A stretch of 24,107 nt of DNA from a virus (taxonomy: Duplodnaviria; Caudoviricetes), in the IMG/VR virus record IMGVR_UViG_3300020045_006365, positions 1 through 24,107 of that record; one strand, 5' to 3'. Of the stretch, positions 22,563 to 24,107 are shown in pieces. The number at the start of each line of letters is the position of its first letter. The stretch's first letter is position 1. The position numbers were made by a program, and so were the translations under genes. Under the pieces are notes generated by a model. It saw only the letters and a list, made by a program, of their open reading frames with translations. It searched no databases and was not told where the DNA came from.

Positions 22563-24107
22563 TCAGCCCAACAGGTTTCGGATTTGAGTTTTGTTCGTGC
22601 GGATCGCGTTCAAGAAGGCTTTCTCCCCGCGCTTGGTCGTCAAACCTTCGCTGACAAACGCGCCAGAGTCGATGGTGTTGATGATCTTGATGTCCTGCGG
22701 GGCCGCTGCGGAAGACGACGAAGACGAGCCGCCGCCGTTGAAAATGTGACGAGGATCATCCTCGGTCAAAATTTCCTCGTTACGCTGGAGCACGGCGGGG
22801 ACTTCTCCCGGCCGCAGCCCAGCGATTCCGCCTTCATGGTAGCGAGGGGCTGCGCTGAAGATTGCCGGGCTCAGATACCGCGTGCCATTGCCCGAGCCAA
22901 TGCGCGACGAGCCGACAACGCCGCCAGTATGCCCCGTGCCGAAGAGCCCGCCGAAGATGCCACCAGCGCCCCCGAAAGCCCCCTGCAAAGCGTTCAGGAT
23001 CGCTTGCTGGATGATCATCTCAGCGATCTTGATCAGGAAGTCTGCTGCGAACTGGAGGAAGGCGTTACGGGCAGCTTCCCCCGCGTCCTCCCCCTGCGCG
23101 ACCGCTTGCGCGAAACTCATGAAGGCGTTCGTCAAACCACCAGCGAATAGCTGACCGACCTGCGTCCAGTTGAACTTATTCTTCTGGGCAGAGAGATCGA
23201 GCTTTTCTGCTTGCAAGGCTGCGGTGTTGAGCTTGGCGATAGCCGCATCAGCCGCCGTCCCGCCAACCGCCTCCCACATAGCCGTGGCGTTGGCGATGGC
23301 CTCTTTCAACTGCGTGTTGACGGCCATGATGGCCGCCTCGGTTTCGGTGGCCTTCTCCGCGTCCCCGGTCTCACGGAAGATCGCCAATTGCGCTTCCAGT
23401 TCGGTGCGCTGAGCGAGAAGATCATTCACCCGCTGCTCGATAGCCGCGCGCTCTTCCTTGACCTTTGCCGAGGCTTCTTCCTGCGCCTGCTCGGCGAATT
23501 TAGCCGCCGTGCGCTGGCGGATACCCTCAAGCTCCTGCTCGCTGAGAACCGTACCGGCCTCTTTGGCAGCATTTTGGGCTTCGAGGATCGCCTTCTCGGT
23601 TTCGCGCTGAATGATGCCAGCAGCGGCGAGGTCGATCAGCAGTTGCTCTTGTTCGGCCGTCGCTGCCAGAGCCGTGTGATATTGCTCGGCGGTCTCCAGC
23701 CGTTCCTGTTCGATCTTGACCAACTCGGCAGCGACAGCGGGGTCGTTGACGCCTTCAGCGAACGCAGCACCCTCGCGCTCCCGACGAGCACGAAGACCGG
23801 GAGAATACACGCCCTTAGACGTGTCCACGCCGTTGGTGATAGCAGAGGCCGCCCCCGCGTAGTCCCCCCGATTAAGGGGGGCCAGAATGCCGTCACGAGC
23901 AAGAGAACCGATGCCCGCATTGTAGGCATAGGACACCAACGTATTGAGTTGGCTATCCGACAACGGCACGTCCACCAGCGATTCGATCTGGGCGACCAAG
24001 ACCGCCATGTCCTGCACGGCCTGCGACATGGCCTGTTGCTGAGTGACGACATCCCCCGCCTGCACAGCCCGGCCATTGATGCGAGGCGATCCGTACCCGA
24101 TGGTTTG
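22563..24107 (-). CDS. Tape measure protein, C-terminal part, with embedded GH24 lysozyme domain (5' truncated by window)
   Basis: Frame is open to the window edge (QTIGYGSPRINGRAVQAGD...). TIGYG, LVSYAYNAG, GLRARREREG are GH24 motifs; long Ala/Glu helices; C-terminal HTGG / RYHEGG...EVPAVLQRNE motif. Confidence 0.9.
   Translation of the reverse strand, partial: QTIGYGSPRINGRAVQAGDVVTQQQAMSQAVQDMAVLVAQIESLVDVPLSDSQLNTLVSYAYNAGIGSLARDGILAPLNRGDYAGAASAITNGVDTSKGVYSPGLRARREREGAAFAEGVNDPAVAAELVKIEQERLETAEQYHTALAATAEQEQLLIDLAAAGIIQRETEKAILEAQNAAKEAGTVLSEQELEGIRQRTAAKFAEQAQEEASAKVKEERAAIEQRVNDLLAQRTELEAQLAIFRETGDAEKATETEAAIMAVNTQLKEAIANATAMWEAVGGTAADAAIAKLNTAALQAEKLDLSAQKNKFNWTQVGQLFAGGLTNAFMSFAQAVAQGEDAGEAARNAFLQFAADFLIKIAEMIIQQAILNALQGAFGGAGGIFGGLFGTGHTGGVVGSSRIGSGNGTRYLSPAIFSAAPRYHEGGIAGLRPGEVPAVLQRNEEILTEDDPRHIFNGGGSSSSSSAAAPQDIKIINTIDSGAFVSEGLTTKRGEKAFLNAIRTNKTQIRNLLG

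Larger units (their letters stand above)
1..24107. mobile_element. Segment of a tailed phage/prophage genome (siphovirus-like, alphaproteobacterial host)
   Basis: Tape measure, distal tail, hub, tip, fibre and lysis genes on the - strand, and dense small coupled genes on the + strand. GcrA and GapR homologues indicate the host class. No integrase or att site in the window, so lifestyle is unknown. Confidence 0.95.

Noticed and set aside
1-24107. CRISPR arrays, tRNA/rRNA genes, integrase/att sites, diversity-generating retroelement repeats, intrinsic terminators
   Set aside because: None recognisable by eye, and intergenic space is minimal. A covariance-model or repeat search would be needed to exclude weak cases.

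Overview
The whole window is a segment of a tailed dsDNA phage or prophage genome with a long non-contractile (siphovirus-like) tail module. GcrA and GapR homologues point to an alphaproteobacterial host. The left arm (1-11601, + strand) is a tightly packed run of about 30 small early/middle genes, most joined by ATGA/TGATG overlaps. It includes a WYL-like protein, an acyl carrier protein, DUF3297, GcrA, a protein ending in an NrdJ-type Zn ribbon, a cupin-like protein, a SpoT/Mesh1-like HD hydrolase, a MazG-like pyrophosphatase, DUF3310, GapR, a low-GC PD-(D/E)XK endonuclease, an MT-A70 adenine methyltransferase and a YspA-type SLOG protein. The right arm (11564-24107, - strand) holds the end of the tape measure gene (with an embedded GH24 lysozyme), distal tail/hub/tip genes, two fibre genes and a five-gene lysis cassette (GH19 endolysin with C-terminal TM segments, i-/o-spanin, holin candidate, extra membrane protein). 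One + strand gene interrupts this arm. The most notable unexplained patterns are: (1) three unrelated proteins end in the same tag, D-V-x-D-L-[IV]-stop, written with different codons; (2) a gap-free duplicated cassette of promoter, GACAAC-N5-GTTGTC operator and AAGGA-loop hairpin; (3) two kinds of short repeated peptides on the distal tail protein that may be docking sites for the two fibres; (4) a GcrA/GapR/m6A-MTase set and a nucleotide/alarmone-enzyme set. All family calls come from motif recognition by eye; no searches were run.
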